Shown here piece by piece: positions 11,680-24,442 of a DNA stretch of 64,000 bases. The stretch covers positions 94,054,001-94,118,000 of the forward strand of contig JBNRSN020000013.1 of assembly GCA_051313645.2 (NCBI GenBank), read 5' to 3'. Each line of letters begins with the position of its first letter. Within the stretch, counting starts at the first letter, position 1. Made by a program: the position numbers and the translations under genes. Source of the stretch: Centroscyllium fabricii (taxonomy: Eukaryota). The notes under the pieces are model-generated. The model was not told where the DNA came from, did not search any database, and saw only the letters and a program-made list of their open reading frames with translations.

Positions 11680-11950
11680 TAGAGTCAGACTAATACAGCA
11701 CAGAAAGAGGCCCTTTGGCCCATCGCGTCCATGCCGCCCATCAATCCCAGTCTATACTAGTCCCATTTTCCCGCATTTGGTCCGTAGCCTTGTATGCTGT
11801 GGCATTTCAAGTGCTCATCCAAATGCTTTTTGAATGTTGAGAGGGTTCCCGCCTCTACCATCCTCTCAGGCAGTGAGTTCCAGACTCCAACCACCTTCTG
11901 GGTGAAAAGTTCTTCCTCACATCCCCACGATACCTCCTGCCCCTTACCCG
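11680..11950 (-). mobile_element. CR1 3' end fragment
   Basis: CAGCACAGAAAGAGGCCCTTTGGCCCATC tail and CAGTGAGTTCCAGACTCCAACCACCTTCTGGGTGAAAA. Confidence 0.75.
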
Positions 11951-12215
11951 GTGTTTTAAGTCGGGTGAGACTGCCTCTCCAGGAGTCCCACAGTTTTTGC
12001 TCACTTTGCAGTAAAACATAGCCTTAGATTTATTTAACATTCTCACCTGGATTACTTGAATCTCAATTATATTTAAAAAAATCAATGGAGTACATGACAC
12101 TGAGGATAATATTTAGACGATGAATATGGTTGATCTGAACCTATGAGATAATAGATTTTATTATATTTGGGATGATTTACTATGAGAGTAATAAGAATGT
12201 CTATCATTTTTACAG

Positions 12216-12305
12216 CAATTGCAGAAGAGCGAGCAAAGCAGCTATTCGGGCCTCAATTTTAACAAAAGGAACCAGGACACAGAGGCTGGAATTGGAGCGA
12301 AACGG
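12216..12305 (+). CDS. CD247: CD3 zeta exon 4 equivalent: QLQKSEQSSYSGLNFNKRNQDTEAGIGAKR (second half of ITAM1)
   Basis: TTTTTACAG acceptor, GTATTT donor, 90 nt, phase 0/0. Aligns with mammalian [26 protein letters not shown] (xL-x7-YxxL). Confidence 0.8.
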
Positions 12306-12389
12306 GTATTTTGTTTTAACCTGTCTTTTGTAAAACAATAAATGATTCCAAAGAAAGGCACACAAATTAGAAATGTTAAAAGAACTTGG

Positions 12390-14750
12390 AAGGTCCATCT
12401 CCCTCTCCAACAGATTTTCCATTTTGGATACTGATAGGGGAGATGGTTTCTCAGGGGAATGCAGGAGATGGTTTCTCAGGGGAATGCAGGAAGAGCCAAG
12501 TCCATGGCACTACGAGTGGCTCAGCTGCACAGGAGGGGAGGAAAAAGAGTGGGAGAGCAAGTGATGGGGGATTCTATTGTAAGGGGAACAGATAGATATT
12601 TCTGTGGCCACAGACGTGACTCCAGAATGGTATGTTGCCTCCCTGGTGCCAGGGTCAAGGATGTCACTGAACAGCTGCAGGGCATTCTGAAGGGGGAGGG
12701 TAAACAGTAAGAGGCCGTGGTTCACATTGGCACCAACGACATGGTTAGAAAGAGGGATGAGGTCTTGCAACAAGAATTTAGGGAGCTAGGTAGCAGATTA
12801 AAAAGCAGGACCTCAAAGGTTGTAATCTCTGGATTACTCCCGGTGCCACGTGCTAGTGAGTATAGGAATAGGAGGATAGAGCAGATGAATGTGTGGCTAA
12901 AGAGTTGGTGCAGGAGGGAGGGCTTTCGTTTCCTGGATCACTGGGTCTATTTCTGGGGAAGGTGGGACCTGTACAAGTCCGACGGGTTGTACCTGAACCA
13001 GAACGGGACCAACATCCTTGCGGGGAGGTTTGCTAGTGCTGTTGGGGGGGGGGGGTTTAAACTAATTGGCAGGGGGATGGGATACGGAGTGGAGCTAGAG
13101 TAGGGGGTGATGCACAGCCAAATATAGAGGAAAAAACAAGTCAGTCTGGAAGGCAGAGCAAATATGTAACAACACAAAGGAGTATGACAAGGCTGGATGG
13201 CATTTATTTTAATGCAAGGAGTCTTGTGAGTAAGGCAGATGAATTGAAGGTGTTGATGAACACATGGGAGTATGATATTGTTGCTATCACAGAGACATGG
13301 TTGAGGGAGGGGCAGGACTGGCAGCTCAATATTCTGGGGTATAGAAACTTCAGGCGAGACAGAGGGGGGTGAAGCAATATTAATCAAGGAGACAATTACT
13401 GCTGTAAGGAGGGATATCTTAGCAGGTTCCTCTAATGAGGCCATATGGGTAGAACTTAAAAACAAAAAGGGGGCAAGCACTTTGTTGGGAGTGTACTATA
13501 GACCCCCAAACAGTCAGGGGGAGATAGGGGAACAGATATGTAGGCAAATCTCAGAGAAGTGTTGAAATAATAGGGGATTTCAACTTCCCCAATATTAACT
13601 GGGATAATCAGAGTGTGAAAGGCTTAGAGGGTGCGGAATTCTTAAAGTGCATTCAGGAGAGCTTTTTGAACCAGCATGTAGAAAGTCCTACAAGAGGGGG
13701 GCGGTACTGGACCTAATTCTAGGGAATGTAGTCAGGCAAGTGGTAGAAGTGTCAGCAGGAGAGCAGTTTGGTGACAGTGACCATAATTCGGTGAGATTTA
13801 AGGCAGTCATGGAAAAGGACAAAGATGGACCAGAAATAAAGGTTCTAAATTGGGGGAAGGCCAATTTTAATATAAGGCAGGATCTGGCCAAAGAGGACTG
13901 GGTTCAGCTACTTGCAGGAAAACCCACATCAGAGCAGTGGGAGTCTTTCAGAAAAGAAAGAGAGTACAACGCAAACATGTTCCCGTAAAAGGTCAAGGGT
14001 GGGACCAACAAGTCCAGGGAACTCTGGATGTCAAGGGATATACAAGAATGGATTAGGAAAAAGAGGGAGGCTTTTGGCAGATACAAAGGACTAAAAACAG
14101 TGGAAGCCCTAGAGGAGTATAGAAAGTGCTGGGGGTACTTAAAAAAGAAATTCAGAGAGCGAAGGGGCATGAAAAAACACTGCCGGGCAAAATAAAGGAA
14201 AATTCCAAGGTGTTTTATAAGTATATTAAGGGCAAGAGGATAACCAGGGAAAGAGTAGGGCCCATTAGAGACCAAAGTGGCAAGCTGTGTGTAGAGCCGG
14301 AAGGTGTAGGTGAGGTTTTAAATGAATATTTTGCATCTGCGTTCACTATGGAAAAGGACGATGTAGGCATAGAAATCAGGTAGGGGGATTGAGGTATACT
14401 TGAACAAATTAGTATTGAGAGGGAGAAGGTACTAGCGGTTTCAGCAGGCTTAAATGGGGATAAATCCCCAGGCCCAGACGGGATGTATCCCAGGCTGCTG
14501 TGTGAGGCAAAGGAGGAGATTGCAGGGGCTCAGACACACATTTTCAGAACCTCTCTGGCCACAGGGGAGGTGCCAGGGGACTGGAGAACAGCTAACGTAG
14601 TACCATTATTCAAGAAGGGTAGTAAGGATACACCAGGGAATTACATGCCAGTGAGCCCAACATCAATGGTAGGGAAATTATTGGAAAAAATTCTGAGGGA
14701 CAGAATTAGTCTCCACTTGGAGAGGCAGGGATTAATCAGGATAGTCAGCA
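12390..14750 (+). mobile_element. CR1 LINE: ORF1 SGNH esterase, ORF2 endonuclease and start of RT, decayed
   Basis: GDSIVRGTDR..VCCLPGARVKD and VHIGTND (esterase). YFNARSL, AITETWL, DLILGN, SDHNSV (APE). WRTANVVPLFKKG (RT). Confidence 0.93.
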
Positions 14751-15128
14751 AGTTACTTGTATGTCAGCAACTTGATGTGTTGCAAAAGTTGAATAATTTC
14801 CAAAATAACTCCAGTGCATCATTTCTGTGAACTTGCATAACATTACTGTACAATATTTATTTCTATATTCATGATGAATGTCGTCCTGTTCTGAAAATGT
14901 TGCCAAACACAAAAGAAAGCCTCTCACAAGAGCAAATTACATGAAAAATCATGTGGATTCAATAAGGAATTAATAGTATAATAATGACATTGCCTCCCAG
15001 TTAAATATCCAGTTACTGGAGCACTTGGGTGCCAGCAAGGAATAGAATATAGATCTGATGTATGTCTTTGCAGACTAGGCCTTCCCAGGTTTCAAGCTGC
15101 AACGTGAAACAAATCCTTCAAGGAGAGG

Positions 15129-15957
15129 TTAGGTCAGGAAGGCCAATGGAATGTTGGCTTTTATTGCTAAGAGGATGGAGTATAAAAGCAGGGAGGTCTT
15201 GCTGCAGTTGTACAGGGTATTGGGGAGACCACACCTGGAGTACTGCGTGCAGTTCTGGTGTCCATATTTAAGAAAAGACACACTTGCTCTCGAGGCAGTA
15301 CAAAGAGGGTTCACTAGGTTAATTCCGGGGATGAGGGGACTGATATATGACGAGAGGTTGAGTAGATTGGGCCTTTACTCATTGGAGTTCAGAAGAATGA
15401 GAGGCGATCTTACTGAAACATATAAGATTGTGAAAGGGCTTGATCGGGTGGATGCGGTGAGGATGTTCCCAATGGTGGGTGAAACTAGGACTAGGGGGCA
15501 TAGACTTAAAATAAGGGGCTGCCATTTCAAAACTGAGATGAGGAGAAACTTCTTCACTCAGAGGGTGGTGGGGCTGTGGAATTTGCTGCTCCAGAGAGCT
15601 GTGGAAGCTACTACATTGAATAAATTTAAAACAGAGATAGACAGTTTCCTGGAAGGGAATTAGGGGTTACGGTGAGCGGGCAGGTAAGAGGACGTGAGGC
15701 TAGGTTCAGATCGGCCATGTGATCTCCTGGACCAGTTTTCAATCGCCTAGATGGGTTGGAGAGGAATTTCCCAGATTTTTTCTCCCAAATTGGCCACTGG
15801 GATTTTAGCTGGTTTTTCGCCTCTCCCGGGTGATCACATGGGTTTGGGCGGGATGGAGAGTAAAAGTAAAATTGAGGTTAGGATCAGATCAGCCATGATC
15901 TTGGTGAATGGCGGAGCAGGCTCGAGGGGTCGAATGGCCTACTCCTATTTCTTATGT
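15129..15957 (+). mobile_element. CR1 3' fragment with long structured 3' UTR (same subfamily as 26005-27164)
   Basis: ORF 15151-15663 RPHLEYCVQFW...TRGH; 3' UTR is shared with the copy at 26.0-27.2 kb. Confidence 0.9.
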
Positions 15958-16537
15958 AGAGAGATGATTATTAGTTCCTTCACAAAATTCCAGCAATGGA
16001 AGCAATAATTATCACTGTAAACTCTCTTGAAGGGAAAGATCTGGTTCTTGGAGCTCTTAGATTTCCCTTTGGTCTGTAAGATCCTGTAACAAACTAGAAT
16101 TGCTGGCCTAGATGGGAGACAAATGCAACACACTGACCACTAATGCCTCCAAAAATGAATGCAGCTTTCGAGGACCAGTGCAATGGGATTTTAAAAAAGT
16201 ATGACTTCACAGCAACAAAGGAGAAAACCTCCACTGAAGATTTACAATGGAAATAGTTCATTCACTGGCAGTTCTTATTTGTACACAGAAATTGAACTGC
16301 TTTCAAAGAAAGCATTGGCTCTTTGCTGGTATACTGGGTACCATCTGCTATTCTGCCTAAGTAGCCAATATTTATCTGTGAGCTCAGAGTGGCTTTAGAC
16401 AGGTTATTCCACCACGCGGGATATCGCAGTCAAGCCTGACATCACCCAATCTTCAACGGTGTCTACTTTCAATGAGGGGCACTGGAAAGTGAGCGGGAGC
16501 AGAAATCCTGGCAAAAATTCAGAGGGAAATAGATTAA

Positions 16538-16563
16538 TGAGTGAGTGAGTGAGTGAGTGAGTG
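16538..16563. repeat. (TGAG)n microsatellite, followed by decayed L2-like sequence to about 16910
   Basis: About six TGAG units are visible. Confidence 0.8.
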
Positions 16564-17357
16564 GACAAACAGCTATCAGTTCTCAATAAAAAAGATCAAG
16601 AGAGGGTTTGAGGCCAGAGGGAGGGATCCAGGTGGATCAGGGAGGCTGAAGACAGGAGAAAGGGGAAGCCTCCACAGGTCTGGAGATACAGGCAGCAAAG
16701 TTCAGCATCGTATCGAGCAGGCATTCGTTGAGGTGGGAGGTGCAGATGGATGAAACGGAGGATGGATCGTTTGGATCAGAGAAGATAGTGAAAACTGGGC
16801 AAGGGATGAGATTAGAAAGAGATGAGGTTGGAAGCAAGTGAAGAGGGCAACAGATCAGGATATAGACTAGTATGTAAGAGTTGTTGAAGCTCACGATTCT
16901 TGCTACCTGAAAGGAAGAAAAAGATTTTTGTTCAGTGCCAGAGGAGATAAAGGATGATATAGAAAACCTCCAGGTTTCAAAGATATATGTGAAAAACTAT
17001 TTTAAAACATTAGTGCAGATGGTTAATGGGAGCACTTAAGTCAGAGTTTGTTATCCATACTTTCATCTTCAGCCCTTTCCATTGGTAAATTCTTGAGTAG
17101 TTCGTAGTGTTGAACCAGAATAGAAAATTTATAAAGAACAGACATTCTACACAAAAAAGTGCTAAGTGGTGCATGGCCATCCCCCATCTAATCACAAACC
17201 ACAGGGGAGAGTGTGCATGTCACACACATCTGGGAGCCTGCAACATGTTTCTTTAGTAACAATACGTCTGAATATCTTTTGTACTGCTTTGTATCATTAA
17301 ATCAGTGTACATATGCATAAACAGTGTTAAGTAGTGATTTTTCTTAAAAAAATCATT

Positions 17358-18111
17358 GGCCCAAAAATTGCAGTGGAGCCTTCGTGCGGGTGCAGTACCT
17401 GCTTAACGCACTTGAATTGCCCATATTCAGTTTTGCTTTTTTGCACTCAGAAATTGCAGTTAGCCCAGCCTGTCAGAGCTCCATGCGAGTTTCATGGGCA
17501 TCTGAAGGGCGTAATTAGTGCGAGGTGGCTTTTGAGACCACCTGATTGGCAGGGAGCCAATCACTGGAAGCAATTCTCCATTCAAAACTCCCAGAGAAAT
17601 CTGTGCGAGTTTTGAAAGGAGAGATTGGCCAAAAGACATCTAAACACAAAAATAAAATTTTACAAACACCACATTTTTTAAACATTACCCTAACTAACAC
17701 AAATAACCTATTTTCAAGAAAAAATAAAAATTTGCAGAAATTTTTTTCAACTTCCAACAGGTCTAAAAAAACTTACCTGTCTTTAAAGTTATCAACAATT
17801 AAAAACCTGAAAAAACAATTACAATCAATAAAATTCACACTTACCAGATATAAACGGGTGCTTACGACTCCTATTTTCCAGCGTGGAATTTTCTGTTCTT
17901 GGTCCGTAGAAAAACGTAAAAAAATCGGAATGACTGGATGCTCCCATAGTTCGCTGCTTCCTGCGCTGGACCTCGCAGGAAGCAGCGACCCCCTGCTGGG
18001 CGGCACAGGAAAACCCGAAGCTGCGCTACCGGCTGCTTCCTGCGGGTTTAAGCACTGGTGCGCTCGCACCAGAGCTTAAACCCGATATGCGCAGACTGCA
18101 ATTTCTGGGCC
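17358..18111. mobile_element. PIF/Harbinger-like MITE
   Basis: TIRs GGCCCAAAAATTGCAGT / ACTGCAATTTCTGGGCC. TSD ATT at 17355-17357 and 18112-18114. Confidence 0.8.
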
Positions 18112-18250
18112 ATTGTGTGGATTATGTCGTCCCAATGTTACAAAATGGTCCAATTTTAAATGCAGCAGCCCTAATGTATCTGTTAATTTATTAATCCAAG
18201 GCAATGCTTACTATAATGTTTCGAGCGGAGGGGAAGGGTAGAAACACATT

Positions 18251-19157
18251 GGGCCCTGTTTTCCTGTGGCCCGATTGCTGCGGGTGCACGCTCACGTGCA
18301 CCCGCGGCGCATGCGCACGTAATTTTTTTTTTTCTGACGGCAATTTCCACAGGAAATTGCCGGGTTTTTTTGCTGCGTAGGGGTCTGTTTCTTTTTGGTG
18401 CGAGGTGCTTTGTGCGTAGGTTGTGAGCAAGCCACGCCCACTGAGGTCGGCTTTCCCCCGCACAAAGCACAGAATCGGCCTCAGGACAAAGAATATCGGG
18501 TAGGAAGCACCTTTTTAAAAAAAAAAGTTTCTAGGAAGCACCTTGTTTTTTTAAAGTTTCTGCCTTTTCTGCTGTTAGGGTTTTTTTTTGCTGGAAGTGA
18601 AAAAAACACGTTTAAAGGTAAGTTTTTTTTTGATTCCTTTGCAGATATTTGTCTGTGGTCTTTCAGCTTTTGAATGGTAGGGTTTTTTTTTTGGTGAAAG
18701 TGAAAAAAAAACGGGTTTTTAACGCAAATTAAGCAGCTGTGATGGCCACCAGAGCTGCTGACATCGCGTTAAAAACCCGTTTTTTTTTCACTTTCACCAA
18801 AAAAAACACCCTACCATTCAAAAGCTGAAAGACCAGACAAATATCTGCAAAGGAATAAAAAAAAAACTTACCTTTAAACGTGTTTCTCCACTTCTCAAAG
18901 CTGCTGCAGCACCTCTAAGACTGATTTTTAAATGTGCAGCTGAAGAGAGACTTGCCCACGTGATACACACGCATTTTGAGTAGCTGCCGCAGGAAATCAG
19001 CAGCTCAAAGTCTTCCTGGGTAGGAAGCTGAATCCCCTTGCCCATCAGCACAGGAAATTCACATTTCTGGTAATCACCCAAGCTGCACCCCCACGAGGCA
19101 TTTCTGACCCCACTTCGTGGGGGTGCAGCTCTTCTGGAGCACAGGAAAACAGGGCCC
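18251..19157. mobile_element. PIF/Harbinger-like MITE with internal ~120-bp-arm palindrome
   Basis: Perfect 18-bp TIRs GGGCCCTGTTTTCCTGTG / CACAGGAAAACAGGGCCC. Flanks ATT/GTT. Confidence 0.8.
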
Positions 19158-19850
19158 GTTTCTTTTCTTGATCAGAACGGAGTACAATCTCAAAGTGTAC
19201 AAAATTATAAATAAAGCGGAGGACAACTAGGTAAACAGTAAGCACCAGATTTTCTTTGATTAATGATGACTGATGAGAAATACTGAACACTTGATTTGCA
19301 GCCTCGAAGGGGCCTACTTTGACTTTTGGGTGCTTGACCGATGGAGCGTGCCTGCCAGCCGGCCACACATGTGCCAGCCGCGACTTTGAGGCTCTGGCCT
19401 CATTTACATCAAGCCGTTGACCTGCGAGAGCCAAACTGGCTTGCAGCTCTCTGTATTAAGGCCAGCCAATATCAGGCAGCCCCAGCCGGCAGCAAAATAA
19501 GTGCAGGGATTGGTCACTATTGCAGAGGGTAGGGTCATAGGGCGGCACAAAATTATTTTCAAACTTACCCTTTGCTGGGTACCTCTGGCTCTGTCACCTG
19601 TGGTGCACGCTACAACCAGTTCCAATCAAAAATAGCAAATCAGAATGCTAGGACCCGATATGCATATTTAAAGCGGCCTACTGCCTGAACCAAGCAAGTG
19701 CTGAAATTCCCCAAATGGTAGCCAGGAAGTTGGCAGCCTGAGAGATATTTTGATCACTTGGGGCTATCTAAATTTAATTTGCTGGATGCAAACCATTAAC
19801 TTCATTAAACCGTGTTGTTAAATATATAACATCCATTTTTTCCCTATCAG

Positions 19851-19892
19851 AACCAAAGGAGAGATGATGCTGCTCATAGCGACACCTATTCC
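19851..19892 (+). CDS. CD247: CD3 zeta exon 5 equivalent: NQRRDDAAHSDTYS
   Basis: TTTTTTCCCTATCAG acceptor, GTAAGT donor, 42 nt, phase 0/0. Matches mammalian QRRKNPQEGLYN and supplies the first Tyr of ITAM2. Confidence 0.85.
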
Positions 19893-20739
19893 GTAAGTAC
19901 AGCTTATGATTTAGAAAATTATCATGCATATTGCTGAATCGTTATTATCCAAACAACTCTTGCATCATTGTTTCCCCCCCCAGTTGAACAATAATAATAG
20001 TGCATGCTTTAAAACTTGGTATTTACCTGGCACAAAGTGCATTACAGTTGAATCATCTGCCACGGAATTTGATTGACTTGTAATTACCAAGTTCCGCTGA
20101 ACTGTGAATAATGAGAAGCAGCAGCAGAATCCACTAGCTGGAGATGTTTTAAAACCTGATCCCAAGCAATGGTAAATGTGTTCAGGATTTGACCAATGGC
20201 TCCATAGTTTGGTTCTGCTGTAAAAATAATTCACCGTCACATAGCCTCCTGCAGGCGAGTGCAAGTTGTGGAACTTGTCTCCAATGTTATTCCAATAATT
20301 ACGGGGAGTCATAGCAGCTGGGAAATCCAGAAATGAGAGTAACACGTTGGCCCTGGCAAATTTATATTTATTTTTTCTCCGTTTTCCGGCTGGCAGCCAG
20401 CCAGATTGAGAGGGTGGCTGGCTCGCGGGCGGGAAGACCTCAACTGGGGAGGGGAGAGGAAGGAGGGATCGATTGATTGTGAGGGGGTGCGGGTTGGTTT
20501 GAAGAGATCGGGGAGGGGTGTGAGTTGAAGAGATCGTGCAAGATGGTGGGGCGGTTGAAGAGATTGCGTATCGTGGGTGAGATCATGGGTCAGGAGGCCG
20601 ATCACAGCGAGGGAAGCAGGTTAGCTTGAGGGAAAGCACACCTGCTCCTCCTGACCCTTTCAGCAACACTGGAAAGGCACCTCCCTTCAGCTGCCGGGTT
20701 TCCCGAACCCTGGGAAACCCAGTCCACAGCTGTGGACGA

Positions 20740-21035
20740 CATGGTGGCGCAGTGGTTAGCACTGCTGCCTCGCAATAAGGAGCTCCTGGGTTCGAATCCT
20801 GCTTGGCCCGGGACCCCTCTGTGTGGAGTTTGCATGTTCTCCCTGTGTTCATGTGGGTTTCCTCCCACCACCCAAAGACATGCAGGTTAGTTGAATTGGA
20901 GATACTAAGAATTGCCCATGAGTATGTGTGCAATATAGTTCTTAGAGTTGGGGGAGATGGGGAGAGGGTAGAAGGGGGGTGCTGGGTTTGGATGATCAGC
21001 CATGATCTCATCAAAATGGCGGAGCAGGCTCGAAT
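20740..21035 (+). mobile_element. tRNA-derived V-SINE (HE1-like), diverged
   Basis: A box TGGCGCAGTGG, B box GGTTCGAATCC, V-domain TGTGGAGTTTGCATGTTCTCCC, CR1-like tail. Confidence 0.8.
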
Positions 21036-21515
21036 CTCCTGTGTATATATTAAGTCTGTTAAAATTTGAGGCTCGCAACCTTATTAGCATATTTAAATAA
21101 TTGAACTGCCTTTCGCAAGCAGGTTAGTCGCCCGCCTCCAGCCCTCCCTCCTCTGTTGAAGCTGGAAGTGGGCATGTTCAAGACAGGTTTCAGATTTTTC
21201 AAATTTTAACCTTTACTTAAAAGCCCAATCTGGCATTAACCCTAATGGCACGTTTCAACATGATAAGGAATGCAGAGGTATCAGCTTTTAAGTCCATCAA
21301 ATGTCATGATTAGAGGATGTACCGATGATTGGCTACAGTGATTTTTGATCATATTTGAGGGAGATGCCGAGCGGAAAGGATGAAATGCTGCAGACCAGCT
21401 TGTGCTTCTTTTGTACATCTCTCAATGGTTGTTTATAGAACATCATTGACTGCTAAATTAATTTGTACGTGAACTGTATTTTAACTTAAAAGGTCAAAAA
21501 TAATTTTGTTTGCAG

Positions 21516-21572
21516 AAACTGAATCCCAAGAACAGAAGTGACCCGTACGGCGAACTCAAACCAACTCAGCAG
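21516..21572 (+). CDS. CD247: CD3 zeta exon 6 equivalent: KLNPKNRSDPYGELKPTQQ
   Basis: TTTTGTTTGCAG acceptor, CAG|GTATGT donor, 57 nt, phase 0/0. Completes ITAM2 as YSKL-x8-YGEL. Confidence 0.88.
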
Positions 21573-21734
21573 GTATGTTGAGCATGGACTGAACCATCAA
21601 TGGATTACTGTAACTTCCTGGAGATAACCATATCCAATTACAAATTACAACTTTTCACTTATACTCAGTATATAAAGGATATGTTCAGTACATTTAGGGT
21701 AAAAGCTGCCAGCTTACCATGTCTGAGGGCTCAG

Positions 21735-22920
21735 CGCAAGTCTGTTCCCTTAAAGGAAAAGGGTGGGACTAACAAATCCAGAGCTCCCTGGATGTCAAGG
21801 GGCATACAAGATAGGATAAAGAAAAAAAGGGAGGCTTATGAGTTACCGAGTGCGCAATACCATAGAAAACCTAGAGGAGTATAGAGAGTGCAGGGCTGAA
21901 ATTAAAAAAGAAATTAGGAAAGCAAAGAGAGAGCCTAGCCTCAGTGGTGGGAAAATGATTGGAATAAATTCTGAGGGACAGGATAAATCTTCATTTAGAA
22001 AGACACAGATTAATCAAGGTCAGCATGGATTTGTTATGGGGAGGTCGTGTCTAACTTGATTGAATTTTTTGTAGCGGTAACAAGGAGGGTCGATGAGGGT
22101 TGTGCGCTTCATGTAGTGTATATGGATTTTAGCAAGGCTTTTTATAAGGTCCCACGTAGCAAGTGCGAGGTAATGCATTTGGGGAGGGTTAACAAGGCAA
22201 GGGAATACACAATAAATGGTAGGACACTGAAAAGTGCAGAGGAACAGAAGGACCTTGGAGTGCATGTCCACAGATCACTGAAGGTAGCAGGCCGGGTAGA
22301 TAAGGTGGTTAAAAAAGCATACGGGATACTTTCCTTTATTAGCCAAGGCATAGAATACAAGAGCAGGGAGGTTATGCTTGAACTGTGCAAAACACTAGTT
22401 AGGCCTGAGCTGGAATACTGCGTGCAGTTCTGGTCACATTACAGGAAAGATGTGATTGTACTAGAGAGGGTGCAGAGGAGATTTACGAGGATATTGCCTG
22501 GACTGGAGAGTTTTAGCTATGAGGAAATATTGGAGAGGCTGGGGTTGTTTTCTTTGGAACAGAGGAGGCTGAGGGGAGATCTAATTGAGGTGTATAAAAT
22601 TATGAGGGGCCTAGAGTGGATAGGAAGGAACTATTTCCCTTACATAGATTTAAAGCAATTGGTTGGAAGTTTAGAGGGGATTGGAGAAATGTTTTTACCT
22701 GGAGGGTGGTGGGGGTCTGTAACTCACTACCTAAAAGGGTGGTAGAGGCAAAGACTCTCATCACATTTAAGAAGTACTTGGATATGCACTTGAAGTGCCA
22801 TAACCTACAAGGCTAGGGACCAAGTGCTGGAAAGTGGGATTCGGATGGATAGCTTTTTGTCGGCTGGCACGGACAAGATGGGCCAAATGGCCTCCTTCTG
22901 TGCTGTAAATTTCTATGATG
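21735..22920 (+). mobile_element. CR1 LINE, internally deleted, with 3' tail
   Basis: QHGFVMGRSCLT, VYMDFSKAF, LVRPELEYCVQFWS. Confidence 0.9.
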
Positions 22921-23468
22921 CTGTATGTCTCACTATCAATGCCTTTGTGTATGTGTTATAAACTGAGTAGGTTGTATACCCATTAAAGCAGAAGGGCGGA
23001 GTTTGGAGAGAACAAATTATTGTTTTGGAGACAGAGGACAGTTTTAATTTGTCTAGCCTATCACACCAATATTGCACATCTGAATGATCTACATCTCCAG
23101 TACAAATGGTACACAGATCATTGTCTCCAGTGCAGATGGTGTAGTTTTCGTATGATGTGTACGTATACCATTGTCAATGCTGTCTGTAAAGATACCACAA
23201 GTAGAAACATCCTGGAATTATGCTGTGGGATACCATTACAACAAACACTTCAGGGTAGATTTTCCAAGGACCTTGCCTGTGCCGAGCTCACCTCAGTCTG
23301 ATTTGCTGATGCAAGTTCATGACATGCAAGGTGCCACATATGAGCAAGGACTTGGGAAACCCATTTTTAAATGTGTTCATGTGAAATTTAGCATAGACAG
23401 TAAGCTATGCACCTAACAAACACATGTTTTAGGAATAAGCCAACTTGTATCTTTTTTTTCCCACCCAG

Positions 23469-23507
23469 CAGAAACGAAGAGGCAAGGGAGGGAATGACAT
23501 TTACCAG
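23469..23507 (+). CDS. CD247: CD3 zeta exon 7 equivalent: (Q)KRRGKGGNDIYQ
   Basis: Long pyrimidine tract, CAGCAG tandem acceptor (start 23469 or 23472), CAG|GTAGGA donor. Matches mammalian RRRGKGHDGLYQ. Confidence 0.93.
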
Positions 23508-23569
23508 GTAGGAAAGAAATTAGAGCTGCTGTCTTCGGAAAAAGACGTATGAGTGATATGCAAGCCAGT

Positions 23570-24070
23570 ATGCCGGCCTCCCATCTTCCACCCGACAAAC
23601 TTGAGCTCATCCAAAGCTCTGCTGCCCGTATCATAATTCATACCAAATCCTGCTTGCCCTTCACCTCTGCTTGCTGGCCTACGTTGGCTCCCGGCAACAC
23701 CTCAATTTTAAAATGTATTATTGTTTTCAAGTCCCTCCATGGCCTTGTCCCTTCTCCATCTCTGCAACCTCCTCCAACCCCAAGAAATATCTGCGCTCCT
23801 CCAATTCTGGCTTCTTGCGCAGCCCCCATTTTAATTGATCCACCTTTCTGCAGCCGTGCCTTCAGCTGCCTCGGTCCAAAGCTCTGGAATTCCCTCCATA
23901 AACCGCTCCACCTCTTTCCTCCTTTATGACAGTCCTTAAAACCTACCTCTTTGAACAAGCTTTTGGCCATCTGTCCCAATGTCATCTTATATGGCTCAAT
24001 GTCAAATTTTGTTTAATAATGCTCCGGTGAAGTGCCTTGAGACGTTTTACTAGGCAGTATATAAATTGTT
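23570..24070 (+). mobile_element. L2 LINE 3' end
   Basis: KLELIQSSAARII, VFKSLHGL, RAFSCLGPKLWNSL, and an L2-type tail. Confidence 0.85.
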
Positions 24071-24442
24071 GCAGGTAGCATATACACAAATCCTGGTCAA
24101 AATGGACGCATTCTTATATGATTGGTTGCCCAGGAAACCTATTCCACAGGGATTCAAACCTGAAAACGTTTAATCCCTTCCTATCTCCCACCTATATTAC
24201 GGAGGATTAAAAATACAAACACCTTAAACAAAGTAAATTTCTGTGATTAATGCAGAGTGACATGCCCACAGGGATTGCACGGGGGAAAATCAGGGCTATA
24301 GTATCTCTGACCCGTATTCTCTGCAAGCATGGGTTTCCTGAAGGGTATCATGGAATTATCCCTGTAGAGCAAAGTGTTTAGAAGACAAGTATTTCCCTTT
24401 GATACACAATTACCTAACAATTTTGGTGCAATTATTTTGCAG

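Noticed and set aside
12439-12488. Short tandem duplications (25 bp here, 20 bp at about 8949-8988, 13 bp at about 62101-62129)
   Set aside because: Ordinary slippage events within dead transposon copies.
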